Positions 29,021 through 39,564 of a stretch of DNA of 64,000 nucleotides are shown one piece after another. The DNA is from Candidatus Woesebacteria bacterium RIFCSPHIGHO2_02_FULL_42_20 (GTDB lineage Bacteria > Patescibacteriota > Microgenomatia > UBA8517). The position numbers and the translations under genes were made by a program. Below the pieces are notes generated by a model. That model worked only from the letters and a program-made list of their open reading frames with translations, was not told the DNA's origin and did no database searches. The stretch's first letter is position 1. Every line of letters begins with the position of its first letter. The stretch covers positions 160 to 64,159 of the forward strand of contig MGGS01000016.1 in the NCBI GenBank assembly GCA_001792535.1. The letters are read 5' to 3'.

Positions 29021-29052
29021 TAAAATTCAATTGGCAATTTGGCATTTGAAAT

Positions 29053-29451
29053 TTAATCGTGGTGAATACCTGCCAAATGAAGTGCACCATGCTCCGCTAA
29101 CTCTAATACAACTTGTTCAACTAATTTCCCGCTTGTGTTTGCCGTTTCAACCGCCTTCGGATAACCAATAATTATCTCTCCCAGATAAAGATCATGTCCC
29201 GGCTGATAGATAAATGGCTGGTCAATTTCAGAGTCAGGAAAAGCCAAAACCGGGTGCTCTCCAGCAACTTGCTCGCTTTCACCTAAGTACGACATGGCCA
29301 GTTCCGCTATTTTTTTCCTGCCGACAAGTGCTACTTCAACCGTCGAATCGGACATTATCCCGTTTTTTTCGAGTACCAACTGGACAACGGCCTTTATTTT
29401 TGTTGCCTTAATCGGGTAGTTACTCTGTTTGTAGACATTGACTTTGATCAT
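29053..29451 (-). CDS. ybeY: rRNA maturation endoribonuclease YbeY
   Basis: HGALHLAGIHHD (H-x3-H-x5-H zinc motif) at C-terminus. Confidence 0.8.
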   Translation of the reverse strand: MIKVNVYKQSNYPIKATKIKAVVQLVLEKNGIMSDSTVEVALVGRKKIAELAMSYLGESEQVAGEHPVLAFPDSEIDQPFIYQPGHDLYLGEIIIGYPKAVETANTSGKLVEQVVLELAEHGALHLAGIHHD

Positions 29452-29876
29452 CCAAGCTTACCTTTTACTACCCGGGCAACTTTAGCACCGTCTGCTCTTC
29501 CTTTTACCTTGGCCATTACAAGCCCCATAGTGCGTCCAAAGTCACCACCACTCTCGGCTACTGCGCTTGACACAATTTCTTCCAATTCCACCCCGGACAG
29601 TTCTTTGGGCAAATAGTCTTTTAATATTGCCAGTTCTTTTTTTTCTTTTGCTGACCGCGCTGCTTCACCGGCTTTGTCATAAATCTCAATAGCGTCTCTA
29701 CGCTTTTTGGCTTCTTTGTTTACGACAGCCAATTCTTCTTCCGTCGACAAAACGTGTTGCTTGGCAATTCTGTCGTAATTAAGAGCCGAGGAGAGCATGC
29801 GCAGAGTCGAAAGTCTAATTTCGTCTCTGGCCTTAAGTGCCTCAATAATCTGTTTTTGAATAGTGTCTGCGATCAT
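29448..29876 (-). CDS. GatB/YqeY domain protein
   Basis: 142 aa matching YqeY pattern (ALKARD..R..TLRML.SAL, DYLP). Confidence 0.7.
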   Translation of the reverse strand: MIADTIQKQIIEALKARDEIRLSTLRMLSSALNYDRIAKQHVLSTEEELAVVNKEAKKRRDAIEIYDKAGEAARSAKEKKELAILKDYLPKELSGVELEEIVSSAVAESGGDFGRTMGLVMAKVKGRADGAKVARVVKGKLG

Positions 29877-30358
29877 CTTTTCCGATATCCACTTATTAAC
29901 CGTATTTTATCTCCTAGACTTTTTAACTCTTCATCTGGCGCCCTGTCGGCATCATGAGAGGATAAATACCCTGGATACTTTTTGAAAAAAACTTTTTTGG
30001 ATCTCTCGATTTTCTCCCACCATTTAAGCTCTGATGTCCCGTGCATAGGAAATAACTTTGAATGCAAGTGATCTACACCAAAACCTTCAAAAAACATTCC
30101 GCATCTTGATACATCATCAAAGGACTTATCCAAAATTTTTGCGACTTTTTTAGTTGCTACTACTAGATCCGATAGGATTTTGTCATTATTAGCAAACGCA
30201 TAGCTAGGATTGTGCATTTTGGTTGCAACTATAGTAAAGCCTTCTGTATTTGGAAAAATACTTAAGAAAGCAATGTGCTTTTTGTCCTCCCAAATCACTT
30301 CAGCAGGAAGTTCCCCTTTAACAATTTTACAAAAAACACAATCATCCATAACGAACAT
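29873..30358 (-). CDS. HIT-family hydrolase
   Basis: CVFCKIV N-terminal, histidine-triad-like VDHLHSKLFP. Confidence 0.65.
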   Translation of the reverse strand: MFVMDDCVFCKIVKGELPAEVIWEDKKHIAFLSIFPNTEGFTIVATKMHNPSYAFANNDKILSDLVVATKKVAKILDKSFDDVSRCGMFFEGFGVDHLHSKLFPMHGTSELKWWEKIERSKKVFFKKYPGYLSSHDADRAPDEELKSLGDKIRLISGYRKR

Positions 30359-30378
30359 CAGTATAGTGATTTAAACAT

Positions 30379-31299
30379 GTGAAATCAACGATTGAGAAAA
30401 AGGGTACTATAGGATACAATCACCCAATGGAAAGAAGGTTTGGAAGGAGAGGCTTTAATAGGGTTTTTGGACTAGGAATACCACTCGCACTTGCTCTGGC
30501 TGCTTGTGATACACCTGACAAACCACCCTTACTTGAGCCAATTAATGTTCCTGGATCAGAGTTCGATTTCATCAGAGACTATTATCCCGAATTAGGCGAT
30601 AAACTAGTTACTCAGGCTTTTTCTTTCTCTCACGAGGGTGTTGGTAGTAGTGCTATAACTACAATTTACTCCTTTGCTGGCGATCGAGTAGTAGATCCTA
30701 ATACTGCAAAACGTACGTTCGAATATTTTTATTCGCTATCACAACCGCCACGTTTCGTAATTTTTGATAACCAAAGTTTCAATTTTACGTCGGAACTAAC
30801 CAGATTTGAAAAAGTAACAAATCATTACGTTGTAATTATTCCGAAAGGTTTTCCGCCACCAAAATGGGGTACTAATGACTTTTCGGCATACACTGGTCAT
30901 TTCGCTATTAATCATAATCAAGAACCAGTCTATACAGTCTCCGTCATTAAAACCGGAATAAGTACTAGTAACGATATTATGGGTTTAGCGGTTGAAGCCT
31001 GCAATGCGACGGTTCGTGTAAATAACCTCCGGGTAGATAAGTCTAACAACGGTTCCACTAATTTCGTGCTTCCAGACGGAACGGAAGTAGACGATGGATT
31101 AGCCGCCCAAGAAGTCATTTGTAATTCACTAGGTTTGGCATTTGCAAACAAACAACTTGGTTTTGCTTATCCGATCTATAGACTCGAGGGAGTACAACCA
31201 GCGTTGCACACTAGAAATCTCGGCTTTATGGTTGATGAAGAAATGTACGCAAGTATACCTCAAATTGGATCTGCTATATCTCAGATATCTAAACCATAA
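30379..31299 (+). CDS. hypothetical lipoprotein
   Basis: Signal/lipobox-like LALALAAC near N-terminus (likely start at MERRFGRR); no catalytic motif. Confidence 0.45.
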   Translation: MKSTIEKKGTIGYNHPMERRFGRRGFNRVFGLGIPLALALAACDTPDKPPLLEPINVPGSEFDFIRDYYPELGDKLVTQAFSFSHEGVGSSAITTIYSFAGDRVVDPNTAKRTFEYFYSLSQPPRFVIFDNQSFNFTSELTRFEKVTNHYVVIIPKGFPPPKWGTNDFSAYTGHFAINHNQEPVYTVSVIKTGISTSNDIMGLAVEACNATVRVNNLRVDKSNNGSTNFVLPDGTEVDDGLAAQEVICNSLGLAFANKQLGFAYPIYRLEGVQPALHTRNLGFMVDEEMYASIPQIGSAISQISKP

Positions 31300-31319
31300 T
31301 CAGTTTAGACCTTGACCAA

Positions 31320-32309
31320 CTAAATTAGCGATGTCACCGCTTTAGCAAGCTTGTCGGGATCGTGACGGACGACACTTCTGGTAAGTTTGTCCGACTCAAG
31401 CTTTTGGTAAAAGTGCTTTGACACTAAGTCTCTTCTTATAATTTTAAGTTTACCTGAATCAACTATATTATCTTCTACAGGACCCGTGTCTACCTGGCTG
31501 TACCAGTCAATAACATTCTTTGGGAAATCTGTTTTATTAATTAAACAGTAATCCATAACTTCTTTCCCCAGATACTTTTCCAACTCGCTTATGAAGTTTT
31601 TTGCTTTAAACCCAACAGTTTGCCCAAATCTGGTCATCAAATTCATAACAAAAACTTTTTTTGCCCTGGACTTTACAATTGCCTCTTTTATGCCGGCAAC
31701 AACGATGTTTGGCAGTAAACTTGTATATAAATCCCCCGGCCCCAAAACAAGAAGGTCGGCTGCTTTAATTACGGCAATTGCCTTTGGATTTACATAAGGA
31801 GCCGGAAAAAGCTCCAAATTCACAATGTGCTCTTTCCACAAGCTTTCGTGTGGATCGTCAATGTAATGCTCGCCCAATATTTGCCTTTTGTTGGTCTAGG
31901 TGGCAACTAAATTGGTTGTGTCAAAGGTAACCGGAAGCACTTTACCTTTGACGTCCAAAAGTTGGCACGTTTTATAAATCGCTTTTTCTTGAGAACCATA
32001 AATATCGGCCAGGGCCGCCATAAATAAATTACCAAAAGTCATTCCGGAAATCCCTGTACCGCTGACATACCTATAGCTGAAAAGTTTCCTAAGAATTTTA
32101 TCCGATTTACCAGAAGCCAAAGCAACTATACACTGTCTAATATCGGAAGTTGGAAGAAGTCCAAATTCATCTCGGATGACTCTGTTGCTGCCGCCCGAGT
32201 CCATCATGGAAACAATTACAGACAAATCTACAGGGTACTTTTTCAATCCGGACAAAACCACAAACGTTCCAGTACCGCCGCCAATCACCACAATCCTTTT
32301 TCTTTTCAT
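31320..32309 (-). pseudogene. YvcK/CofD-family (UPF0052, gluconeogenesis factor-like) gene interrupted by one in-frame TAG (+strand CTA at 31896..31898)
   Basis: N-terminal ORF (IVVIGGGTG...) and C-terminal ORF share the same frame (32309-31877=432); together ~330 aa as expected for the family. Confidence 0.6.
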
Positions 32310-32332
32310 ACCTTCCAGCCGCTGAAATTATA

Positions 32333-33556
32333 TCAAAGCAGTTTGCTTATCACCTTATCAAAAGTAAGAAGTGCGGCATTTCTTTTTGTTCTTTCCTTCC
32401 ACTCGATTTTGTCGCCGATTTTTTTGGAAACCGTCAGGCGGACAGGAATGCCGATCAGGTCTGCATCCGCAAACTTCTCTCCTGCCGATATGCGTCTGTC
32501 GTCATATAAAACCTCAACTTTTGCTTTGGTTAACTTCTCGTAGACCGATTGTGCATTTTTCTCCAGTTCAATTAAATGAACTTGAAATGGCGCGACCTGT
32601 GGTGGCCAAATAATTCCGACTTTGTCGTGGTTAACTTCCACTAAAGCTCCCATAACTCGTGTTGGTCCTATACCGTAACTCCCAAACCAAACAGGTTTTT
32701 TTGAACCCTCTTTGTCAGTAAAAAACACTCTCATCTTTTCAGCATACATTGTCCCTAGTGGAAAAATATTTCCCACTTCGATTGCTTTTGAGCTTTTGAT
32801 CTTTTCCTTTTTACACCTTGGGCAGAGATTATCTGCTTTACCGTTTTCGAATACTTCAAGATTTGCGCCCCAGGAACAGTCATCACAATAAAAAATTGTA
32901 TCCTCTCCGCCACTTGAGAGCACTTGGAATTCATGAGTATGTTTGTCGGTAAAGACTCCGCCTGAAGCTTCGGTTATCCTAAAGTCAAACCCAAGTCCGG
33001 TAAAAATATTAGTATAGGCGGATTTAACCACTTCGTAGTAGCGCATCAAATCTTTTTCACTTTCGTGAGCACTATACAAATCCTTCATCATGAATTCGCG
33101 GCCACGGAGAATTCCCGACCTTGCCCTAAGTTCATTTCTAAATTTCGTTGAAAAGTGGTAAACCGAAATAGGTAGGTCTTGATAACTTTTGATATTTTTT
33201 CGCAGTAAATCCATGACAATCTCTTCGTGAGTAAACGATAATACGTATTCTTTTCCTTCTTGGGACTTTAACTTATACATGATTTCGGAAGCCGTTTCCC
33301 ATCTGCCGGTTTCGTTCCAGATAGTTTTAGGGTGTAAAAGCGGCATAAGCATTTCTTGCCCACCAATAGCATCCATTTCCTTGCGGATAATATTATTAAT
33401 CTTTGTGACAACTCTCCAACCCAAGGGCAGAAGTGTCCAACTGCCGGACATCAGCTGATCTATAAAGCCGGCACGGACTAAGAGTTTATGGTTCACACTT
33501 TCCGCTTCTCTCGGCGCTTCTTTTCTTGTCTTTGGAAACAGCTTACTTTGAAGCAT
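32333..33556 (-). CDS. proS: prolyl-tRNA synthetase (bacterial type, no editing insertion)
   Basis: N-terminus MLQSKLFPKTRKEAP...HKLLVRAGFI parallels E. coli ProRS start; class II motifs; internal CDDC...CPRC cysteine cluster. Confidence 0.8.
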   Translation of the reverse strand: MLQSKLFPKTRKEAPREAESVNHKLLVRAGFIDQLMSGSWTLLPLGWRVVTKINNIIRKEMDAIGGQEMLMPLLHPKTIWNETGRWETASEIMYKLKSQEGKEYVLSFTHEEIVMDLLRKNIKSYQDLPISVYHFSTKFRNELRARSGILRGREFMMKDLYSAHESEKDLMRYYEVVKSAYTNIFTGLGFDFRITEASGGVFTDKHTHEFQVLSSGGEDTIFYCDDCSWGANLEVFENGKADNLCPRCKKEKIKSSKAIEVGNIFPLGTMYAEKMRVFFTDKEGSKKPVWFGSYGIGPTRVMGALVEVNHDKVGIIWPPQVAPFQVHLIELEKNAQSVYEKLTKAKVEVLYDDRRISAGEKFADADLIGIPVRLTVSKKIGDKIEWKERTKRNAALLTFDKVISKLL

Positions 33557-33626
33557 GAGTCAAATATACCAAAGTTTTCGCTAAAAAACCATAGATCGGT
33601 AATTCGAATTGTTGTAAAATAACCTC

Positions 33627-35744
33627 ATGGGTGCATATTCTCCAGATATTTCAGCTTCACTTGAAAGGGGAATAATCCCAGAGGAACTACAACAGCCGGG
33701 CGATCTTAGTCCGCGGCTTACAAGAAAAATTGTATTCTCGGTCTCTAACCTGGCGCAGGAAATGGCTAAGTCCGGCATCGAAGAAGAAATTATTGGCAGC
33801 ATCAATTTTGGGAAACGAGTATTTGGAAAAGAAGGCTCAATGTACACAATATCTGCAGGCGAGTACTCTATTGCCGTTTTTAATTCTAAAGCCTCGAACA
33901 GCGACAAAGAAAGCCTTCGAGAGATTAGATTTCGAAAAAAAGACGATCCGAATGAAGTTTTCATTTCCTTTTCAGGAGATGACCCTAACTCAATTGGCAC
34001 CAAAGTAGAACTCTATGACGCCGAAAAAAATGAAAAAGAACCGGCCGACCAAGACATATTGGAACAAAAAGCTTACCAAATAGGCAGATTTTCCCAACGT
34101 TTAAGAACGGCAATCGAGTCGGGAGAAGACCCATGGTTAGCTTACAGCCCGAGCCGCCGTAATTTCCTTATGCTCAGCGCTGCTCTTGGTATACTAGAAC
34201 TCGCAAGCTTTGCCTGCTCAGGGCTGCAAATAAAAAGTCCTATAGAACCGGCCAGAGTAGCCAAAATAACAGCTGTTCCCCCGGCAGAAAAGGTCGAACC
34301 AACCGATAAAGAAACAGAAATACAAGAAAGGCTTTTAAGTGAAATTGTCGATTATCGAAACCAACTGGGGCTTGACGGTCTTCCTCCTGAATTAGAATGG
34401 CGCATGCAAACCGATGACCGGGAATTTAATTGGGAAGATGCCGAAAGCCGGCCCTTTGTCAACGACCTTCCTGAAACCATGGTCTCGTTTGGAATCCATG
34501 CGCAAGACATTGCCCAAACCGTGTTGGGTTTACGCGCAAAACACTTTGTTTGGGGATCGGAAGTAGATAAAGATTACCCACTATCGTTCGAATTCAATGT
34601 CGGAAGAAGAGTAATTCATTTACCAATAAACGTCTATAGGGACCATGTACTTAGAAGTACTACTGGCGTAATAACTCACGAGGCCGTCGGCCACGCTACA
34701 GAACCGGATGTGGCAGAAAATCCGGAAATGCCTAGAAAGACTTATCCACTGGATGTTCTTATACAAGTTGAGCACGGTAAATGGCGGGCAGTCTCACAAA
34801 TCCCCCACCTAAACAAAGACGCGATGTGGTACCCGGAAGGACTAATCATGCCTCATGTTGGGCGGGAGTTGGGCGAGCGAACTGGCAGAGCAATGTACGA
34901 CAACAATCACGACCTTTTAGCTTCCTACTTTGACCCAGAGAGTCTCGGCGTTGTTCAAAATGAAGTCGCTAAAGTAGCTGAGGCTCGGGGAGTCAGTACC
35001 GACAAGATTATTTGGACCAAAAAGGCCTGTAGGGAATTTGGCGCCAGATTGATAAAGCTAAAGCAACAAGGGGAAATACGTTTCAGCGGAGATCTGGATT
35101 CGCTTTACGACTACAATATAGGTATTTTGTATTCAAGAGAGGGTTACGCAGAGCTAATAGAATATAGCTTAAATTATCCTGAAAAAATTGCCAACAACGC
35201 AGAGGTTTTAGCCGGAATAACCGAAGTTCTGTCGGCAATTAGGGGCGAAGAGGTTGACTTAAGCAGTCTAAGGCAACAGATATCAACCCCCAACCAAGAA
35301 GCAGAAGCAGCATTTGAAAAAGAAAAACCTTTAAGGGTAGACGATATTGTGACGCCTGAAGAGAGGGCTGTAAACTTCGAAGAACAGTGGTATCAAAGTT
35401 TCCTAAAAGGGCAAATTAGAGAAGGTTTAACATTGAGCTCGGAACAAAGGACTTTGTTAGACCTCTGGGCAAAATCAGGTTATATAGTCTTTCAAAAATA
35501 CCCCAATCTTATTAACTCTGATGCTTCAGGCTACAATGTCGACTTCGACCCGGAGTGGATGCACATTTGGGAAACCAGAGACATTGAATTCGCCATTGCA
35601 AGGCCAATAATTGTAGATATTATGGGCGGGGCAGACAGGGTTAAACACCATTTTGACTGGATTAAAAAAGCCCTCGGCAATTTAGAAAAATTCACTTCCT
35701 CGCAGGAGTTTAAAGAAATACCTATTTCAACACAGAATCAATAA
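33627..35744 (+). CDS. hypothetical HExxH protein (705 aa), putative membrane-anchored zinc metallopeptidase-like
   Basis: Internal RRNFLMLSAALGILELASFACSG hydrophobic segment at ~aa 175; ITHEAVGHATEP (HExxH) at ~aa 350. Confidence 0.45.
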   Translation: MGAYSPDISASLERGIIPEELQQPGDLSPRLTRKIVFSVSNLAQEMAKSGIEEEIIGSINFGKRVFGKEGSMYTISAGEYSIAVFNSKASNSDKESLREIRFRKKDDPNEVFISFSGDDPNSIGTKVELYDAEKNEKEPADQDILEQKAYQIGRFSQRLRTAIESGEDPWLAYSPSRRNFLMLSAALGILELASFACSGLQIKSPIEPARVAKITAVPPAEKVEPTDKETEIQERLLSEIVDYRNQLGLDGLPPELEWRMQTDDREFNWEDAESRPFVNDLPETMVSFGIHAQDIAQTVLGLRAKHFVWGSEVDKDYPLSFEFNVGRRVIHLPINVYRDHVLRSTTGVITHEAVGHATEPDVAENPEMPRKTYPLDVLIQVEHGKWRAVSQIPHLNKDAMWYPEGLIMPHVGRELGERTGRAMYDNNHDLLASYFDPESLGVVQNEVAKVAEARGVSTDKIIWTKKACREFGARLIKLKQQGEIRFSGDLDSLYDYNIGILYSREGYAELIEYSLNYPEKIANNAEVLAGITEVLSAIRGEEVDLSSLRQQISTPNQEAEAAFEKEKPLRVDDIVTPEERAVNFEEQWYQSFLKGQIREGLTLSSEQRTLLDLWAKSGYIVFQKYPNLINSDASGYNVDFDPEWMHIWETRDIEFAIARPIIVDIMGGADRVKHHFDWIKKALGNLEKFTSSQEFKEIPISTQNQ

Positions 35745-36834
35745 AGCCCGATACTCCGCCGGCTGTAATCAGCCGGGAAATGTCGCGAGCCGTGATTGCG
35801 GCGATCAAAAGAAGAAGAATTACAAGACCCACGGCATGGACAACGGCTTCGACTCTGGGCAAAACCTTGCGGCCTAATAACCCCTCAAGGGCGATAAAAA
35901 GTAACCTTCCGCCGTCAAGTGCGGGAAAAGGAATAATATTAAAAATGGCCAGGTTAACCGACAAAATTCCCACGAAATTAACGAGAGCCACAAAGCCGAC
36001 TTTCGCAGCTTCACTGGTCACTATATATACGCCCACCGGGCCGGTTAAGTCGGTGGGTGCTTGCCCTGAGAGAAGCTGACCAATTATGTTAACTAAACCC
36101 ATGACAACCGCCTTTCCCCAAAATACGCTTTCTCTGGCACCATAATACACGCCGTAAACCACCCTTTCACCCAAAGGCGGGAAAAATACTTCCGTCTGGC
36201 TAATTACCACTCCCAATGGCCCTTCATTTTCCGGCGGGTTAACCCTAGGCGTCAAATACATAGTAATAGTATTAGTCTGCCTACCTTCCACTCTTTCAAT
36301 TTCAAACTTCACCCGCGTGCCTTTGTTTTCTTCAACAACACTAATGAACTGATCAACACTGATTATTTCCTGGCCGTTAGCGGACTTAAAAATGTCTTCG
36401 GGAATAAGACCGGCTGCCTGTGCCGGTGCGCCGGCAGTTACATCCAATACGCGGACATTTTTTGTTTCCCTCGGGATCCCTTGTGTCGAATAAACAATAG
36501 TGAAAGCCACAAGAGCCAAAACGAAATTCATTACAACGCCTGCGGTAACAATCGCTACCCGAACTTTTTTAGATTTTCCTAAAAAAGCCCTTTTAGGCTT
36601 TTGTAACTTGTCTTCGCCCGACTCGCCATGAAGCCTGACAAATCCGCCAAACGGGAGTAAATTGATCGAGTATAGCGTTTCACCAATTTTTTTCCCCCAC
36701 AAGCGCGGTGGCAAGCCGAATCCAAACTCCTCTACCCAAACTCCGCCAAGCCTGGCTACTATATAGTGGCCGAATTCATGGACCAAAACAAGAAGCGACA
36801 ATACTAAAATAAATACAAGAATAGATCCAAGCAT
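35722..36834 (-). CDS. rseP: RIP metalloprotease RseP (site-2 protease, M50)
   Basis: N-terminal HEFGHYIVAR, PDZ-like middle, C-terminal LDGG motif (PALDGGRL). Confidence 0.85.
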   Translation of the reverse strand: MLGSILVFILVLSLLVLVHEFGHYIVARLGGVWVEEFGFGLPPRLWGKKIGETLYSINLLPFGGFVRLHGESGEDKLQKPKRAFLGKSKKVRVAIVTAGVVMNFVLALVAFTIVYSTQGIPRETKNVRVLDVTAGAPAQAAGLIPEDIFKSANGQEIISVDQFISVVEENKGTRVKFEIERVEGRQTNTITMYLTPRVNPPENEGPLGVVISQTEVFFPPLGERVVYGVYYGARESVFWGKAVVMGLVNIIGQLLSGQAPTDLTGPVGVYIVTSEAAKVGFVALVNFVGILSVNLAIFNIIPFPALDGGRLLFIALEGLLGRKVLPRVEAVVHAVGLVILLLLIAAITARDISRLITAGGVSGFIDSVLK

Positions 36835-36838
36835 ATAA

Positions 36839-37393
36839 TTATACAGTCAGAAGCTCCTGCTTCTTTTTTTCTCCCAACTGGTCAACCAGTTCAACAAATT
36901 TGTCGGTGAGTTCTTGCAACTTTTTTTCCTGGGCAAACTTTTCGTCCTCAGTCATCACTTTTGTCTCATACGCCTTTTTAAGCTCGTGCATAACGTCACC
37001 CCTGACTTGTCTGATCATTACCTTAGCGCTTTCTGTTTTGGACGACAAAAGCTTGACAAATTTTTCTCTGTCTTCCAAAGTCATCGCAGGTACACTAATT
37101 CTGATTATCTCGCCATCGACAGACGGATTAAGTCCTATATTAGCAACAAGAATTGCCTGTTTAATCTCACCTATAACAGACTTGTCCCAAGGGTCGACAA
37201 CAAGCGATTGTGAATCAGGAGCCAAAATGCTGGCCAATTCCAAAATCCTTAGTTTTTGAGTACCGCCATACGCCGAAACCAGAATATTTTCAATCAAAGA
37301 AGGTACTGCCCTGCCAGTCCTGATTGCTGAAATGTCGCGACGGGCGACGTCCACTACTTGCTGCATCCTGGAAGTAAGAGAAGATTCGTCCAT
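36839..37393 (-). CDS. frr: ribosome recycling factor
   Basis: 184 aa with RRF pattern (RTGRA.P.L...I.V.YYG, VMIRQVRGD). Confidence 0.9.
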   Translation of the reverse strand: MDESSLTSRMQQVVDVARRDISAIRTGRAVPSLIENILVSAYGGTQKLRILELASILAPDSQSLVVDPWDKSVIGEIKQAILVANIGLNPSVDGEIIRISVPAMTLEDREKFVKLLSSKTESAKVMIRQVRGDVMHELKKAYETKVMTEDEKFAQEKKLQELTDKFVELVDQLGEKKKQELLTV

Positions 37394-37438
37394 TGACTAA
37401 ATAATACCAATAGTTACCAATAAATACCAATTTCGAAT

Positions 37439-37918
37439 TTATTTTTCTCCCAATTCCATCCTGAAGATTCGCCCCACCCGAACATTCTCGCCGGTTTTAG
37501 CAATAACTTCCTTGACCAAGTCCTGCACCTTTTTGGCAGAATCCTTAATAAAGTCTTGTTCGAGTAGTCTTTTCGTATCAGCAGGTTTCATTGAGGCCAC
37601 CTGCATTGCCAAGTTTTTGCCGAGCTGACTAAATAAATCATTCCTAGCGACAAAATCTGTTTCACACAAAAGCTCAACAGCTGAAACAATCTTACCCGAA
37701 TGATGGCTATATGTAGAAATTACTCCGGCACCAGTAGCCCGGCCTTCCCGCCTAATCGCTTTTTCAAAGCCTTCCTTTTTAAGCAATGCCAGTGCTCTTT
37801 GTTCACCTGCTTGCGCAGGCAAGTCCGCAAACTCTTCCAAAACCTTCTTAACACGGATAACCGGAGCGCCAGACTCGTCACGCAGTTTTTTTATTGTGTC
37901 AACGCTTATTTTCTTCAC
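37439..37918 (-). CDS. tsf: elongation factor Ts (short form)
   Basis: N-terminal IKKLRDESGAPVIRVKKVLEE (UBA-like EF-Ts start), LAMQVASMKP; rpsB-tsf order. Confidence 0.8.
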   Translation of the reverse strand: MKKISVDTIKKLRDESGAPVIRVKKVLEEFADLPAQAGEQRALALLKKEGFEKAIRREGRATGAGVISTYSHHSGKIVSAVELLCETDFVARNDLFSQLGKNLAMQVASMKPADTKRLLEQDFIKDSAKKVQDLVKEVIAKTGENVRVGRIFRMELGEK

Positions 37919-38658
37919 TTCTTCTTTTTGGTTTCCTTTTTAGTTTTGACAGCCTTTTTTGGCTTAACTTCTTTGGTTATTAGTTTGCCGGCAAGTGATT
38001 GCGCAACTAAAGACAAGACATATTCCACAGATTTTTTAGCGTCGTCGTTCATGGGAATTACATAGTCAATCATATCCGGATCGCTATTGGTGTCGACCAC
38101 ACCTACGACAGTGACTCCCATTTTCTTAGCTTCCTTGACCGCTCCGATCTCTTTATGGGTGTCAAGAATAAAAGCAACGTCTGGGATTCTATCCATGACA
38201 AGCAAGCCACCCAACATCCGCTCCATCTTTTCAATTTTGCGGTCGACCAGAAGTTTCTCTTTTTTGGTGTAATCGGAAAATTCGCCTTTCGACTTGCTGG
38301 CTTTAAGATCTCCAAGTTTTCTCAATGACTTGCCAATCTGGTTAAAATTAGTAAGCGTCCCTCCCAAAAACCTCTCGCAAACGTATGGAATTGATAAGGA
38401 CTCTCCAATTTCCCTGACCAGGTCTCTGGCTTGCCTTTTGGTCCCGACGATTAAAATTAGTTTACCTTCCTTTTTGCTCTTAGCTAAAAACTCCAACGCT
38501 TCTTCAAGTTTTGCTTTTGTTTTAATCAAGTCAAAGACGTGCACGCCACTCTCTTTACCATAAATATATGGGCGCATTTTCGGATTCCAGCGATGAATCT
38601 GGTGACCGTAGTGAGCACCGACCTCCAGTAACTTGTCTAAATCAACTTTTACTACCAT
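37915..38658 (-). CDS. rpsB: 30S ribosomal protein S2
   Basis: LLEVGAHYGHQIHRWNPKM, FVD..NSDPD patterns. Confidence 0.9.
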   Translation of the reverse strand: MVVKVDLDKLLEVGAHYGHQIHRWNPKMRPYIYGKESGVHVFDLIKTKAKLEEALEFLAKSKKEGKLILIVGTKRQARDLVREIGESLSIPYVCERFLGGTLTNFNQIGKSLRKLGDLKASKSKGEFSDYTKKEKLLVDRKIEKMERMLGGLLVMDRIPDVAFILDTHKEIGAVKEAKKMGVTVVGVVDTNSDPDMIDYVIPMNDDAKKSVEYVLSLVAQSLAGKLITKEVKPKKAVKTKKETKKKK

Positions 38659-38703
38659 TTGAAATTTTTTGCCCTCCTTAGTTCCGCCATCCGTCAGAAG
38701 TAA

Positions 38704-39564
38704 TCAGGAGGAGCCTGACAGATGTGTGTCCCGAGTAGTGTAGCAAGCTTCAACCAAATTCTCAAGTAGACAAACCACGGTAACCGGCCCCACTCCTCCC
38801 GGAACTGGCGTGATAAACTTCACCCTCCGGGCAACTTCGGGGTCGACATCACCCCTGGGCGAACCGACATCAATAATAACCACGTCCTCTTTAACCATAT
38901 CCTTCTTGATTAAACCAGGCTTTCCAGCCGCACTTATCAATATATCTGCATTTTGGGTAACTTGGCCCATATTCTTTGTTTCTGAATTACACCCTCTTAC
39001 CTCATATCTCATACCTACTAACTCTGTTATTAGTGGTCTTCCCACCATTCCCCTGTCACCGATAACGACAAATTTTTTACCTTTCAAATCTATTTTCAAG
39101 ACTTTTTCCGCATAATCCAAAATTGTCAAAACAGCTTTTACTGTCGCACTTGTATACGGACTTTTTTCGGTCAGACCATCAACGTCTTTTTTAGGGTTAA
39201 TAGCTCCAATAATCTTTACCCAGTTATAACTAATTACGTCTTCTTTATGGGAAGGATGCTGTACCATCAATCCGTAGATTTTGGGATCGGTATTAAAGCT
39301 TTTGACGATTTTAATTATTTTGGCTATTTCTTTTTCGGCAACAGCAACAGCAAAAAATTTAGCGCCAATTTCCTCAGCTGCCTTTACTTTAATCCTGGTG
39401 TATAAAACACTTCCCGGATCCCTATCAGAATATATACTTACCAGCGCCGGAGTAACTCCATGCTTAAGAAGATTATCTACTTTACTTCTTAACAATTTTT
39501 TCTTACTTTCCGCAAAAACTCTACCGTCGAAGATTATCACCATGAAGTAATTGTAGTCTTTCAA
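38704..39564 (-). CDS. folD: bifunctional methylenetetrahydrofolate dehydrogenase/cyclohydrolase
   Basis: [36 protein letters not shown]; likely start at MVIIFDG (39543). Confidence 0.85.
   Translation of the reverse strand: MKDYNYFMVIIFDGRVFAESKKKLLRSKVDNLLKHGVTPALVSIYSDRDPGSVLYTRIKVKAAEEIGAKFFAVAVAEKEIAKIIKIVKSFNTDPKIYGLMVQHPSHKEDVISYNWVKIIGAINPKKDVDGLTEKSPYTSATVKAVLTILDYAEKVLKIDLKGKKFVVIGDRGMVGRPLITELVGMRYEVRGCNSETKNMGQVTQNADILISAAGKPGLIKKDMVKEDVVIIDVGSPRGDVDPEVARRVKFITPVPGGVGPVTVVCLLENLVEACYTTRDTHLSGSS

Noticed and set aside
33581-34003. 140-aa minus-strand ORF
   Set aside because: Antisense to the start of the 705-aa HExxH gene and the proS upstream region. Composition not protein-like.
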